DNA of 64,000 nt, taken from contig JAFSQI010000106.1 of assembly GCA_017446685.1 (NCBI GenBank), positions 4,351 to 68,350 on the forward strand, in the 5' to 3' direction. This DNA is from Butyrivibrio sp. GTDB taxonomy: Bacteria; Bacillota; Clostridia; Lachnospirales; Lachnospiraceae. The first letter of the stretch is position 1. Every line of letters starts with the position of its first letter. Below the pieces are notes generated by a model. That model searched no databases. It worked only from the letters and a program-made list of their open reading frames with translations, and had not been told where the DNA came from. The position numbers and the translations under genes were made by a program. Below are positions 31,631 to 41,778 of this stretch, in pieces.

Positions 31631-34324
31631 TTGGATAATTCAATGACATTTGACAGCGTTGACATAAATAAAGTATCGCCGATGATGCAACACTATCTCC
31701 AGACAAAAAAGGAAAACAAGGATTGTATTCTTTTTTACAGATTGGGGGATTTTTACGAGATATTTTTTGATGATGCTATTATTGCTTCAAAAGAACTTGA
31801 ACTAACGCTTACAGGAAAAGCCTGTGGCTTGGAAGAAAGGGCTCCAATGTGTGGAGTCCCTTATCATGCGGTAGATTCCTATCTTACAAAGATGGTTTCA
31901 AGAGGGTATAAGGTTGCTATTTGTGAGCAAATGGAAGACCCAAAGCTTGCAAAAGGAATAGTAAAAAGAGAAGTTACCAGAATTGTAACTCCCGGAACCA
32001 ATCTTAATATGCAGTCTCTGGAAGAGACAAAAAACAATTATATAATGAGTATCCTTTACAGCCCTGATAAGATTGGTATATCCATAGCTGATGTTACTAC
32101 AGGTGATTATTATCTGACTGAAGTAGATTCTATCCGTGAAGCTTTGGATGAGATAGGGAAATATGCTCCATCAGAAATAATTTGTAATGAGGCTTTTAGT
32201 GTAAGCGGAGTGGATACCTCTGATTTACACAACAGAATGAATATCTTCATCAATCCTCTTGATTCAAGATACTTTGATGAAGAAAGCAGTCAAAAGCTTC
32301 TCACTAAGCATTTTAAAGTATCTTCTTTAATTGGACTTGGCGTTGATGATTTTCCTAACGGAGTCGTGGCTGCCGGAGCTCTTTTGCAGTATCTTATTGA
32401 TATGCAGAAGTCGGATATATCAAATATCACTCATATTTATCCATATCTTGCTTCGAAATATATGCTTCTTGATTCATCGACAAGGCGTAATCTGGAGCTT
32501 GTTGAAACCATGCGAGATAAGCAGAAAAGAGGAACGCTTCTTTGGGTTCTTGATAAGACCAAGACTGCTATGGGAGCCAGAAATTTAAGAAGTTTTATTG
32601 AACAGCCGCTTATTGATAAGGAAGTACTTTTATTGAGACAGGGTGCTGTCGATGCACTTTTTAAAAATGTTGTTGCAAGAGAAGAAGTCAGAGAATATCT
32701 TGGACCTATTTATGATCTTGAAAGATTGATGTCAAAGATTGTTTTTAAAACTGCAAATCCGCGAGATCTTTTGGCATTTAGAAATTCAATCAAGATGATT
32801 CCTGCTATTAAAACAGCACTTCTTGATGTTACAGAAGATGCAGAAATTAAGACGATATATGATCATCTTGATACTCTTAATGATATATATGAGCTTATTG
32901 ATAAATCTATTGTAGAAGAACCCCCGCTTGCCATTAAGGAAAGTGGAATTATCAAGGATGGCTTTGACGCTGATATAGATCATTTTAGAGAAGCCGGCAC
33001 TAAAGGTAAATCCTGGCTTGCTCAGATGGAAGAGGATCAGAGAGAAAAGACAGGAATTAAGAATCTTAGAATTAAGTATAGTAATGTATTTGGATATTCT
33101 TTTGAAGTAACCAATTCTTTTAAGGATAAAGTTCCGGATTATTTCATCAGAAAACAGACACTTACCAATTGCGAAAGATATACCACTACTGAGTTAAAAG
33201 AGCTTGAAGATACTATTTTAAATGCTCAGGATAAGCTTAACAATCTTGAATATGAGATGTTTTGTAAAATTCGTGATTCGATTGCTCTTGAAATTGACAG
33301 AATTCAATCAACAGCCAAGGCAATAGCCCTTTTGGATACATATGCTTCCCTGGCTTATGTGGCTGAAAAGAATCATTATGTTAAGCCACAGATAAACGAT
33401 AAGGGAATCATAAATATCAAAGGCGGAAGACATCCTGTTGTTGAAAATATGCTTGATAGTTCGGATATGTTTATTTCTAATGATACATATCTTGATAATA
33501 AAAAACACTGTATTTCAATTATTACAGGCCCAAATATGGCAGGTAAATCAACGTATATGCGTCAATCTGCGCTGATAGTGCTTATGGCACAGATTGGAAG
33601 CTTTGTTCCTGCTGAAAAAGCTGATATATGCATAGTTGACAGAATTTTTACGAGGGTTGGCGCTTCCGATGATCTTGGAAGCGGGCAGTCGACATTTATG
33701 GTTGAGATGAATGAGGTTGCGAATATTTTAAGAAATGCTACTTCTGATTCTTTGCTTATTCTTGACGAAATAGGAAGAGGAACGTCTACTTATGACGGAC
33801 TTGCTATAGCCTGGGCTGTGATTGAACATATCAGTAATCGAAAAATTCTTGGTGCCAAGACTCTTTTTGCAACTCATTATCATGAGCTTACTGAGCTTGA
33901 GGGTAAGATGGATAATGTCAATAATTATTGTATTGCAGTTAAAGAGAACGGTGATGATATTGTCTTTTTGAGAAAGATAATAAAAGGCGGAGCCGATAAG
34001 AGCTATGGTATTCAGGTTGCAAAGCTTGCCGGTGTACCTGACATGGTAATCGATAGAGCAAAAGAAATTGTTTCAGAGCTTACAGATAACGATATTACTG
34101 AAAAAGTTCAGAATATTGCAAGGGAAAATAAAAACGACAAAAAAGTAAAAGTAAAACATTATGATGATGTAGATATCGACCAGATGTCTTTGTTTGATAC
34201 AGTTACAGATGAAGAGGTTTTGAGAAGGTTGCAGGAGATTGATATTACAACTCTTACACCCATGGATGCACTTAATACACTTTACAAACTACAAAGTGAC
34301 TTAAAGAACAGGTGGAAAAGCTGA
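31631..34324 (+). CDS. mutS: DNA mismatch repair protein MutS
   Basis: SPMMQHY, GDFYE, TGPNMAGKST and DEIGRGTS motifs. Confidence 0.96.
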   Translation: MDNSMTFDSVDINKVSPMMQHYLQTKKENKDCILFYRLGDFYEIFFDDAIIASKELELTLTGKACGLEERAPMCGVPYHAVDSYLTKMVSRGYKVAICEQMEDPKLAKGIVKREVTRIVTPGTNLNMQSLEETKNNYIMSILYSPDKIGISIADVTTGDYYLTEVDSIREALDEIGKYAPSEIICNEAFSVSGVDTSDLHNRMNIFINPLDSRYFDEESSQKLLTKHFKVSSLIGLGVDDFPNGVVAAGALLQYLIDMQKSDISNITHIYPYLASKYMLLDSSTRRNLELVETMRDKQKRGTLLWVLDKTKTAMGARNLRSFIEQPLIDKEVLLLRQGAVDALFKNVVAREEVREYLGPIYDLERLMSKIVFKTANPRDLLAFRNSIKMIPAIKTALLDVTEDAEIKTIYDHLDTLNDIYELIDKSIVEEPPLAIKESGIIKDGFDADIDHFREAGTKGKSWLAQMEEDQREKTGIKNLRIKYSNVFGYSFEVTNSFKDKVPDYFIRKQTLTNCERYTTTELKELEDTILNAQDKLNNLEYEMFCKIRDSIALEIDRIQSTAKAIALLDTYASLAYVAEKNHYVKPQINDKGIINIKGGRHPVVENMLDSSDMFISNDTYLDNKKHCISIITGPNMAGKSTYMRQSALIVLMAQIGSFVPAEKADICIVDRIFTRVGASDDLGSGQSTFMVEMNEVANILRNATSDSLLILDEIGRGTSTYDGLAIAWAVIEHISNRKILGAKTLFATHYHELTELEGKMDNVNNYCIAVKENGDDIVFLRKIIKGGADKSYGIQVAKLAGVPDMVIDRAKEIVSELTDNDITEKVQNIARENKNDKKVKVKHYDDVDIDQMSLFDTVTDEEVLRRLQEIDITTLTPMDALNTLYKLQSDLKNRWKS

Positions 34325-36318
34325 TGGCCTTTATTAATGAACTGGATAAAAACACCATAGATCAGATTGCAGCCGGTGAAGTTGTTGAAAGACCGGCTAG
34401 TGTTGTAAAGGAACTTGTTGAAAATGCTATTGATTCCGGAGCAACTGCTGTTACAGTTGAAATCAAAGGCGGCGGAATTGATATGATAAGAGTTACGGAT
34501 AATGGCTCCGGAATAGAAAAGAGCCAGATCCGTAAGGCGTTTAAGAGACATGCTACAAGTAAGCTAAAGACTATTGATGATCTTTTCAGTATTCATTCTC
34601 TGGGCTTTAGAGGAGAGGCTCTTTCAAGTATTTCCTCTGTAGCTCAGGTTGAAATGATTACAAAAACTGTGGATGATCTTACCGGAACAAAGTATACAAT
34701 AAATGGTGGAACAGAGGAAGGATTTGAAGAGATTGGTGCGCCCGAAGGGACTACATTGATAATCAGAAATCTCTTTTACAATACGCCTGCAAGAAAAAAA
34801 TTCCTAAAAACACCGCAGACTGAAGGTAGCTATATCGGGGATGTAATGGAGCATCTTGCTCTAGATAATCCTACAATTTCTTTTCATTATATCAATAATA
34901 AAGAGGACAAGTTTTCAACCTCAGGAAATGGTGATTTAAAGGAGCTTATTTACAGAATTTACGGCCGTGATGTTTCTGTAAGTGTCAGACCAATCAATGT
35001 TTCACAAGATGGCATGATATTGGAAGGTTATCTTGGTGAACCTTCTCTTAACCGTTCAAATAGGAATTTTGAGATATTTTTTGTTAACGGTCGATTTGTT
35101 AAAGATAAGGTTATGTCTAAGGCTCTCGAAGAAGGTTATAAGCAATATCTTATGATGCATAAGTTTCCATTTGCGGTATTGCATCTAAGAGTCGATCCGG
35201 CAACAGTTGATGTTAATGTTCATCCTGCTAAACTTGAAGTCAGATTTAATAATCAGCCTCAGCTTTATGAATTTATCCGTACAAGCGTAGAAAATGTTCT
35301 AAAAAATAATGAAATGATTCCTGATGCTCTTTTGGATGACAAAGAAGATAAAAAAGAACAAAAGGAAAAAATGCTTAGGGAAATGGCAAAGCCCGAGCTT
35401 AAAAATGTTTCTTATGTAATGCCTGAGGAGATAAAACAGCTTAATAACACTAATAAGACCGCACCGGAACCATTTGAAAAGCTTCGTTTTGAAGAAAATA
35501 GGGTAAACGAAAGTGAGCCTGTTTACGCCAAGGGAGTAAAAGCAGAGCCTATTAAAATCGAAGATATTAATAAATCAGCTGTTTGGACAAGAGTTTTTGG
35601 CGACCTTGATGGTAAAAATGCTGAAAAAAAGGATCGTCCTTCTCCAATCATTAAACAACAGGATGCAATAGTTGTAGAAAAGGCTTCACAGCTTAATCTT
35701 TTTGATGAAAAGGTTCTGTCTAAAGATAATGTAAAAGAATATGAGATTCTCGGACAGATTTTTGGAACCTACTGGATAATAGGTTTTAAGGATAAAATGT
35801 TCATGGTTGATCAGCATGCTGCTCATGAAAAGGTTAACTATGAGAGGATGATGAAGAGATATAAGTCAGGAGATTTGCTTTCACAGATGGTTAATCCACC
35901 CGTTATAGTCACTTTATCGTCTGCAGAAGAAGAAATGTTTCAACACTATCGTCAATACTTTGAGAGACTTGGTTTTAATATAGAAAATTTCGGCGGACAC
36001 GAATATGCCATGAGAGCCATTCCTGTAGATCTTTTTGGATGTGATAATGAAAAAGAAATGTTTCTTGAGATTCTTGATGAATTGTCACACGAAACAAATC
36101 TCGACAGGACTCCTGATGTAATAAACTATAAAATCGCCAGCATGGCATGCAAAGCTTCTGTAAAAGGAAATACAAGGATGACAAGGCAGGAAATGGAAGC
36201 ACTTTTAGATGAATTATTGACTCTTGACAATCCGTATAACTGCCCACATGGGAGACCTACAATTATCTCAATGAGTAAGTATGAGATTGATAAAAAGTTT
36301 AAGAGAGTAGTTGAATAA
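34324..36318 (+). CDS. mutL: DNA mismatch repair endonuclease MutL
   Basis: IAAGEVVERP, GFRGEAL, DQHAAHE and CPHGRP motifs; ATG overlaps the mutS stop. Confidence 0.96.
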   Translation: MAFINELDKNTIDQIAAGEVVERPASVVKELVENAIDSGATAVTVEIKGGGIDMIRVTDNGSGIEKSQIRKAFKRHATSKLKTIDDLFSIHSLGFRGEALSSISSVAQVEMITKTVDDLTGTKYTINGGTEEGFEEIGAPEGTTLIIRNLFYNTPARKKFLKTPQTEGSYIGDVMEHLALDNPTISFHYINNKEDKFSTSGNGDLKELIYRIYGRDVSVSVRPINVSQDGMILEGYLGEPSLNRSNRNFEIFFVNGRFVKDKVMSKALEEGYKQYLMMHKFPFAVLHLRVDPATVDVNVHPAKLEVRFNNQPQLYEFIRTSVENVLKNNEMIPDALLDDKEDKKEQKEKMLREMAKPELKNVSYVMPEEIKQLNNTNKTAPEPFEKLRFEENRVNESEPVYAKGVKAEPIKIEDINKSAVWTRVFGDLDGKNAEKKDRPSPIIKQQDAIVVEKASQLNLFDEKVLSKDNVKEYEILGQIFGTYWIIGFKDKMFMVDQHAAHEKVNYERMMKRYKSGDLLSQMVNPPVIVTLSSAEEEMFQHYRQYFERLGFNIENFGGHEYAMRAIPVDLFGCDNEKEMFLEILDELSHETNLDRTPDVINYKIASMACKASVKGNTRMTRQEMEALLDELLTLDNPYNCPHGRPTIISMSKYEIDKKFKRVVE

Positions 36319-36319
36319 T

Positions 36320-37258
36320 ATGCAAAAACTCATTGTATTAACAGGACCTACTGCGGTTGGAAAATCTAAATTATCAATTGAACTTGCAAAAAGAATTGGC
36401 GGAGAGATTATCTCCGCTGATTCTATGCAGGTATATAAATATATGGATATCGGAACGGACAAGATAACCAAGGAAAAAATGGATGGTGTTCCACATCATC
36501 TTATCGATTTTTTGGAGCCGACTGAAGACTTTAACGTCTTTATGTTTCAGAAGCTTGTTAAAGAGGCTATTAATGATATTGCTTCGAGAGGAAAAGTTCC
36601 GATTATTGTTGGAGGAACGGGATTTTATATTCAGGCAGTTCTGTATGATATTGATTTTACAGAGACAGATGAAGATGAAACCTATAGGCATGAGCTTGAA
36701 CAATTAGCCGAAAAAGAAGGTGTACATGTACTTCATGAGATGCTACAAGAAATAGATCCTGAATCAGCATTAGCTATACATGAGAATAATTCCAAACGTG
36801 TAATTAGAGCACTTGAATATTATAAAAAGACAGGGAAACCTATTTCAGAACATAATAAAGAGCAACATGAACGTACTTCTCCCTATGATTTCAGATATTT
36901 TGTATTGACAGATGAACGAAAAACGTTATACTCACGCATAGATAAAAGAGTAGATCAAATGATGGAAGAAGGTCTTCTTGAGGAAGTAAAAGAACTCAGG
37001 AAACTGAATATTCCAAAGACAGCAACATCGATGCAAAGCCTTGGGTACAGAGAAATAATGGGATATCTTGATGGCGAATATGATCTTGAAAGAGCAGTTT
37101 ATCTTATAAAGCTAAATACAAGACATTTTGCCAAGAGGCAGCTTACCTGGTTTAGAAGAGAACGCGATGTTATCTGGATTGATAAAAATAATTTTGATCA
37201 CAATGATGATTTAATTTTGAAAGAGATGATAAGAATTTATGAACAAGGAAATGTATGA
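36320..37258 (+). CDS. miaA: tRNA dimethylallyltransferase
   Basis: GPTAVGKS, DSMQVY and AKRQLTW motifs. Confidence 0.95.
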   Translation: MQKLIVLTGPTAVGKSKLSIELAKRIGGEIISADSMQVYKYMDIGTDKITKEKMDGVPHHLIDFLEPTEDFNVFMFQKLVKEAINDIASRGKVPIIVGGTGFYIQAVLYDIDFTETDEDETYRHELEQLAEKEGVHVLHEMLQEIDPESALAIHENNSKRVIRALEYYKKTGKPISEHNKEQHERTSPYDFRYFVLTDERKTLYSRIDKRVDQMMEEGLLEEVKELRKLNIPKTATSMQSLGYREIMGYLDGEYDLERAVYLIKLNTRHFAKRQLTWFRRERDVIWIDKNNFDHNDDLILKEMIRIYEQGNV

Positions 37259-38522
37259 AGCACTTGGTATTTCAGAGGCAGTCTATAATTTTGGACAGGA
37301 AATACTGGTAGATTTGAAAGAAAGATTTACAAGAATTGATGAAAATGCTGAATATAATCAGCTCAAAGTATTAAAGGCAATGCAGGACAATAAAGTTAGT
37401 GAGGCGTGTCTTTTGGGAACAACCGGATATGGTTACAATGATATCGGACGTGAGAAGCTTGAAGCTGTATATGCATCTGTTTTCCATGCTGAAGATGCAC
37501 TTGTAAGACCTCAGATAACTTGTGGTACTCATGCACTTGCACTTGCTCTTATGAGCAATCTAAGACCTGGAGATATGTTGTTTTCTCCTGTAGGGAAGCC
37601 CTATGATACGCTTGAGGAGGTTATTGGAATAAGACCTTCCAGGGGTTCCTTAAAAGAATATGGTATTGAATATACACAGGTTGATCTTTTGCCTGATGGA
37701 GAATTTGATTTTGATAATATTAAAAAAGCTCTTTTGGAACATGACAATATTAAACTTGTAACTATCCAAAGATCAAAGGGTTATCAAACAAGGCCTACAC
37801 TTTCTGTTGGAAGAATAGGTGAACTAATAAGCTTTATAAAGAACATCAAAAAAGATGTTATTTGTATGGTTGACAACTGTTACGGTGAATTTGTTGAGAG
37901 AATTGAGCCCACGGATGTTGGGGCAGATATGGTTGTAGGCTCACTTATTAAGAATCCTGGTGGCGGACTTGCTCCTATAGGTGGATACATTGCCGGCAAA
38001 AAAGAGTGTGTTGAGAACGCTGCCTTCCGTCTTACTTCACCCGGACTTGGAAAAGAGGTTGGAGCTTCACTTGGAATACTTCCACAGTTTTATCAGGGAT
38101 TTTTCCTAGCGCCTACTGTTACAGCTTCTGCATTAAAGGGAGCGATTTTTGCTGCAAATATATACGAAAAACTAGGCTTTGATGTTTGTCCTAACGCTAC
38201 AGAAGAAAGACATGACATCATTCAGGCTGTTACTTTTGGAAAACCTGAAGGTGTTATTGCATTCTGTGAAGGCGTACAGGCGGCTGCTCCGGTTGATTCT
38301 TTTGTTACTCCCGAGCCTTGGGATATGCCCGGTTATGATGCACAGGTAATTATGGCTGCCGGCGCTTTTGTTTCAGGTTCTTCTATTGAACTTTCAGCGG
38401 ATGGTCCAATTAAAGAGCCTTATTCTGTGTTTTTCCAGGGAGGACTTACCTGGCCTCATGCTAAACTAGGAATATTAAAGACTTTACAGAGTCTTGTTAA
38501 TGCCGGAATTGTTAAACTATAA
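37239..38522 (+). CDS. Methionine gamma-lyase family / YnbB 'aluminium resistance' PLP protein
   Basis: TTGYGYNDIGR, DNCYGEF, GSLIKNPGG and SSIELSADGP motifs; usual position after miaA. Confidence 0.87.
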   Translation: MNKEMYEALGISEAVYNFGQEILVDLKERFTRIDENAEYNQLKVLKAMQDNKVSEACLLGTTGYGYNDIGREKLEAVYASVFHAEDALVRPQITCGTHALALALMSNLRPGDMLFSPVGKPYDTLEEVIGIRPSRGSLKEYGIEYTQVDLLPDGEFDFDNIKKALLEHDNIKLVTIQRSKGYQTRPTLSVGRIGELISFIKNIKKDVICMVDNCYGEFVERIEPTDVGADMVVGSLIKNPGGGLAPIGGYIAGKKECVENAAFRLTSPGLGKEVGASLGILPQFYQGFFLAPTVTASALKGAIFAANIYEKLGFDVCPNATEERHDIIQAVTFGKPEGVIAFCEGVQAAAPVDSFVTPEPWDMPGYDAQVIMAAGAFVSGSSIELSADGPIKEPYSVFFQGGLTWPHAKLGILKTLQSLVNAGIVKL

Positions 38523-38618
38523 AAGAAAATGTCTGAACGTTGTTTCAACAAGAGATTTCTTGTGTTATAATACAAATTGGTCTTTTCTGATTGTTTGGAG
38601 TTTTTCAGAAGGAGATCA

Positions 38619-39332
38619 ATGAAATCATATAATTCTATGATTGCAGAAAACAGTTTGGATAAGGACGGTCTTCCATATGAGAGATTTTTGACATATGGCG
38701 CGGCCAATCTGACAGATGCTGAATTGCTTGCAATCATTATCAGAACAGGTTCTAAGGTCAGTTCGCCTGTTGATATTGCAAGGCAGGTAATGAGTCTTGG
38801 ACAGGGGAAAAATAAAGGACTTAATTCTTTGTTTAATCTGACCGTGGATGAACTTATGAATATTCACGGAATTGGACAAATTAAAGCAATAAAGCTTTTG
38901 TGTATAGCTGAGCTTGCAAAGCGGATGTCATATCAGAAGGCTTCAGCGACAATTGAGTTCAATGAACCGGAAACTGTTGCTGAATACTACATGGAAAAGT
39001 TAAGACATGAAGATCGTGAACATATAATACTTTTATGTCTTGATAATAGACTTAAGCTTATTCAGGAAAGTACGTTATCAATCGGAACAGTTAATTCTGC
39101 TTTGATTTCTCCGAGAGATGTTTTTATGCAGGCACTTAAATGCGGAGCATCTAATTTGATACTTTTGCATAATCATCCTGCGGGCGACCCTACTCCAAGC
39201 AGAGCAGATATCGCCATTACAAACAAGATTATAGAATCGGGAAAATTTCTCGATATTATTCTTAGAGATCACATTATTATCGGAGATATGACTTATTGCA
39301 GCCTGAAGGAATCAGGACTTTTGTGGCAATAA
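38619..39332 (+). CDS. radC: RadC/JAB-domain protein
   Basis: PYERF, ELLAIII and HNHPAGDPTPS..D...DHIIIG motifs. Confidence 0.9.
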   Translation: MKSYNSMIAENSLDKDGLPYERFLTYGAANLTDAELLAIIIRTGSKVSSPVDIARQVMSLGQGKNKGLNSLFNLTVDELMNIHGIGQIKAIKLLCIAELAKRMSYQKASATIEFNEPETVAEYYMEKLRHEDREHIILLCLDNRLKLIQESTLSIGTVNSALISPRDVFMQALKCGASNLILLHNHPAGDPTPSRADIAITNKIIESGKFLDIILRDHIIIGDMTYCSLKESGLLWQ

Positions 39333-39369
39333 AAATATTAGATAAACAAGTGTTATAGAGGAGGCTATT

Positions 39370-40374
39370 TTGGGTAATATTTTCGGAATCGATCTTGGTA
39401 CAAGTAACATCAAGATCTACAATAAGGATGAAGATTCACTTACAGTAGAAAAAAATATGATTGCCATCGAAAACAAGGTCAATGTTTTTGCTTATGGTAA
39501 TTCTGCATATGAAATGTATGAAAAAGCACCTGACAAGATTAGAATTTCATATCCGCTTAATAGTGGAGTAATTGCTGATATTGAACACATGGAAACTTTA
39601 GTCAAGCTCTTTTTGACTGATCAGATGAAGGGTTCTGTTAAGCCATGCGAAGTTTATATCGCTGTTCCCAAGGATGTAACAGAGGTTGAAAGAAGAGCGT
39701 TTCATGATCTTATTAATGATGCAGGAATCAAAGCAAAAAAGATTCTTATGGTCAAGAAACCACTGGCTGATGGTCTTGGAATGAACGTAGATGTTATGAA
39801 TTCACAGGGTGTTTTAGTTGTTAATGTTGGATATGACACTACTGAGATTTCTATTCTATCTCTTAGAGGTATTGTAGTAAGTAAGCTTATTAAAGTCGGC
39901 GGCAAGAAGTTTGATGAATCTATTCGAAATGTTATCAGAAAAGAGTTTGGACTTCTTATTGGTGAGAAAACATCCGAGAGTGTTAAGATTGCACTTAAAG
40001 AGCTTGAAAAAGAGGGCAAGGAAGCAGTAGTTTATGGTAGAGACATTGTGACAGGTCTTCCGGTAGAGAGAAAGATTCCGACAGATCTTTTAAATCAGGC
40101 TTTAATTGAAAGCTTTGATATTATTCTTGATAATATCAAGGCTGCTCTTGAAAAGACTCCTCCGGAGCTTGCAGCAGATATCTTTAAGCATGGACTTTAT
40201 CTTACAGGTGGAGCATCTCAGGTTTGCCATCTTGCTCAGAGACTCAGCAACGGTGTCGGACTTAATGTCAACCTTGCTGAGAATCCTATCGGTTCTTGTG
40301 CTCTTGGACTTGCCAAGATTATCAAAGAAGACCAGTTCAAGGCTCTTGCATATGGTATTGAAGAGGATAAATAA
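39370..40374 (+). CDS. mreB: Rod shape-determining actin homolog
   Basis: GIDLGT, PL..GVIAD and TPPELAADI motifs; first gene of mreBCD. Confidence 0.85.
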   Translation: MGNIFGIDLGTSNIKIYNKDEDSLTVEKNMIAIENKVNVFAYGNSAYEMYEKAPDKIRISYPLNSGVIADIEHMETLVKLFLTDQMKGSVKPCEVYIAVPKDVTEVERRAFHDLINDAGIKAKKILMVKKPLADGLGMNVDVMNSQGVLVVNVGYDTTEISILSLRGIVVSKLIKVGGKKFDESIRNVIRKEFGLLIGEKTSESVKIALKELEKEGKEAVVYGRDIVTGLPVERKIPTDLLNQALIESFDIILDNIKAALEKTPPELAADIFKHGLYLTGGASQVCHLAQRLSNGVGLNVNLAENPIGSCALGLAKIIKEDQFKALAYGIEEDK

Positions 40375-41240
40375 TGAGTCCCATTATTAAAAGAAGAGGA
40401 GAAGATTTTACATTACCAAGTAAATATCTTCTCTTTATTTTAACAGTACTGTGTACTGCAATGATAATAATTACGTTTAATACTAATTTGTTTACAGGCC
40501 CGCTCAATTCTGTGGCAGGTGTTTTTGTTGTACCATTTCAAAAAGGAATAACAACAGTTGGCACATATTTAAAGGATACTGCAGATAAACTTTCTTCCAT
40601 TACTAAGCTGTTGGAAGAAAATGAGCAGTTGAAAAATCAGATTGATGAGCTTACGGTTCAAAATACTACACTTGAACAGGAAAAGTATGAACTTACTGAA
40701 CTGAGAAATCTGTATGAGCTGGATTCTCCTTATGAGAATTATGAGAAAGTCGGTGCAAGGATTATCGGTAAAGATGCCGGAAACTGGTATCATTCTTTTG
40801 TAATTGATAAGGGAGCGGATGATGGACTCTCTATTGATATGAATGTTATTGCCGACGGAGCATTGGTAGGAAGAATTATTGATATCGGTCCTGATTGGGC
40901 AAAGGTACAGTCTATAATTGCTGATAATGCATCAGTTAGTGGTATGGTATTATCTTCTTCAGATAATCTTATTGTTACCGGTGATCTTGAATTATACAAT
41001 CAGGGATTTATTACTTTTTCAAAGCTTGTGGATGACGTTGACAGAGTAAGTGTCGGCGATAAGATTGTTACATCAAACATTAGTGATAAATATCTTCCGG
41101 GCATACTTATTGGTTATATCTCTACTATAGATGATGATTCCAATAATCTGACCAAGTCAGGCACAATTACACCTGCTGTTGATTTTGAACACATGAATGT
41201 TGTGCTTGTTATCTTGGAATTAAAGAAAAATGCAGATTGA
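40374..41240 (+). CDS. mreC: Rod shape-determining protein MreC
   Basis: N-terminal TM, coiled coil, IDKG..DG and GDKIVTS motifs. Confidence 0.9.
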   Translation: MSPIIKRRGEDFTLPSKYLLFILTVLCTAMIIITFNTNLFTGPLNSVAGVFVVPFQKGITTVGTYLKDTADKLSSITKLLEENEQLKNQIDELTVQNTTLEQEKYELTELRNLYELDSPYENYEKVGARIIGKDAGNWYHSFVIDKGADDGLSIDMNVIADGALVGRIIDIGPDWAKVQSIIADNASVSGMVLSSSDNLIVTGDLELYNQGFITFSKLVDDVDRVSVGDKIVTSNISDKYLPGILIGYISTIDDDSNNLTKSGTITPAVDFEHMNVVLVILELKKNAD

Positions 41241-41253
41241 TGAAGGAAAGTAA

Positions 41254-41778
41254 ATGAACGTAAGACGGGTTGTTGCAAATTTTATTTTCGTACTTGTTTC
41301 TTTTATTTTACAGACTACCGTTTTCAGAACATTTGATTTTGGTGGCATTGCACCAAATCTTATGATGATTGTAACGGCATCACATGGATTTATTAAAGGT
41401 GATAAAACAGGTCTTTTGACAGGTTTTTTCAGTGGATTACTTATTGATATTTTTTTTGGTACATATATTGGCTTTTATGCTCTGATTTATATGTACATTG
41501 GTTTTATTGTTGGGAAGTTTCATGAAATTTTCTTTTCTCAAAATATAATTATTCCAATTTTATTTATTTCTGCATCAGATTTTTTATATGGTTTTATTTG
41601 TTATGTTCTAATGTTTTTGTTCAGAACAAAATTTGATATAGGTTATTACATGCTTAATGTAATAATACCTGAAGTGGTTTATACATCTATTGTTTCTATT
41701 TTGTATTATCCTGTGATTCTGTTTGTGCATACAAAAATAGACAAGCGAGAGCAAAGGAGCGCAAAAAAATTTGTTTAA
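41254..41778 (+). CDS. mreD: Rod shape-determining protein MreD
   Basis: Hydrophobic; PNL...GFFSGLLID motif; synteny. Confidence 0.87.
   Translation: MNVRRVVANFIFVLVSFILQTTVFRTFDFGGIAPNLMMIVTASHGFIKGDKTGLLTGFFSGLLIDIFFGTYIGFYALIYMYIGFIVGKFHEIFFSQNIIIPILFISASDFLYGFICYVLMFLFRTKFDIGYYMLNVIIPEVVYTSIVSILYYPVILFVHTKIDKREQRSAKKFV

Noticed and set aside
38619-39332. radC as a mobile-element or anti-defence marker
   Set aside because: Full-length chromosomal type in its usual position before mreBCD
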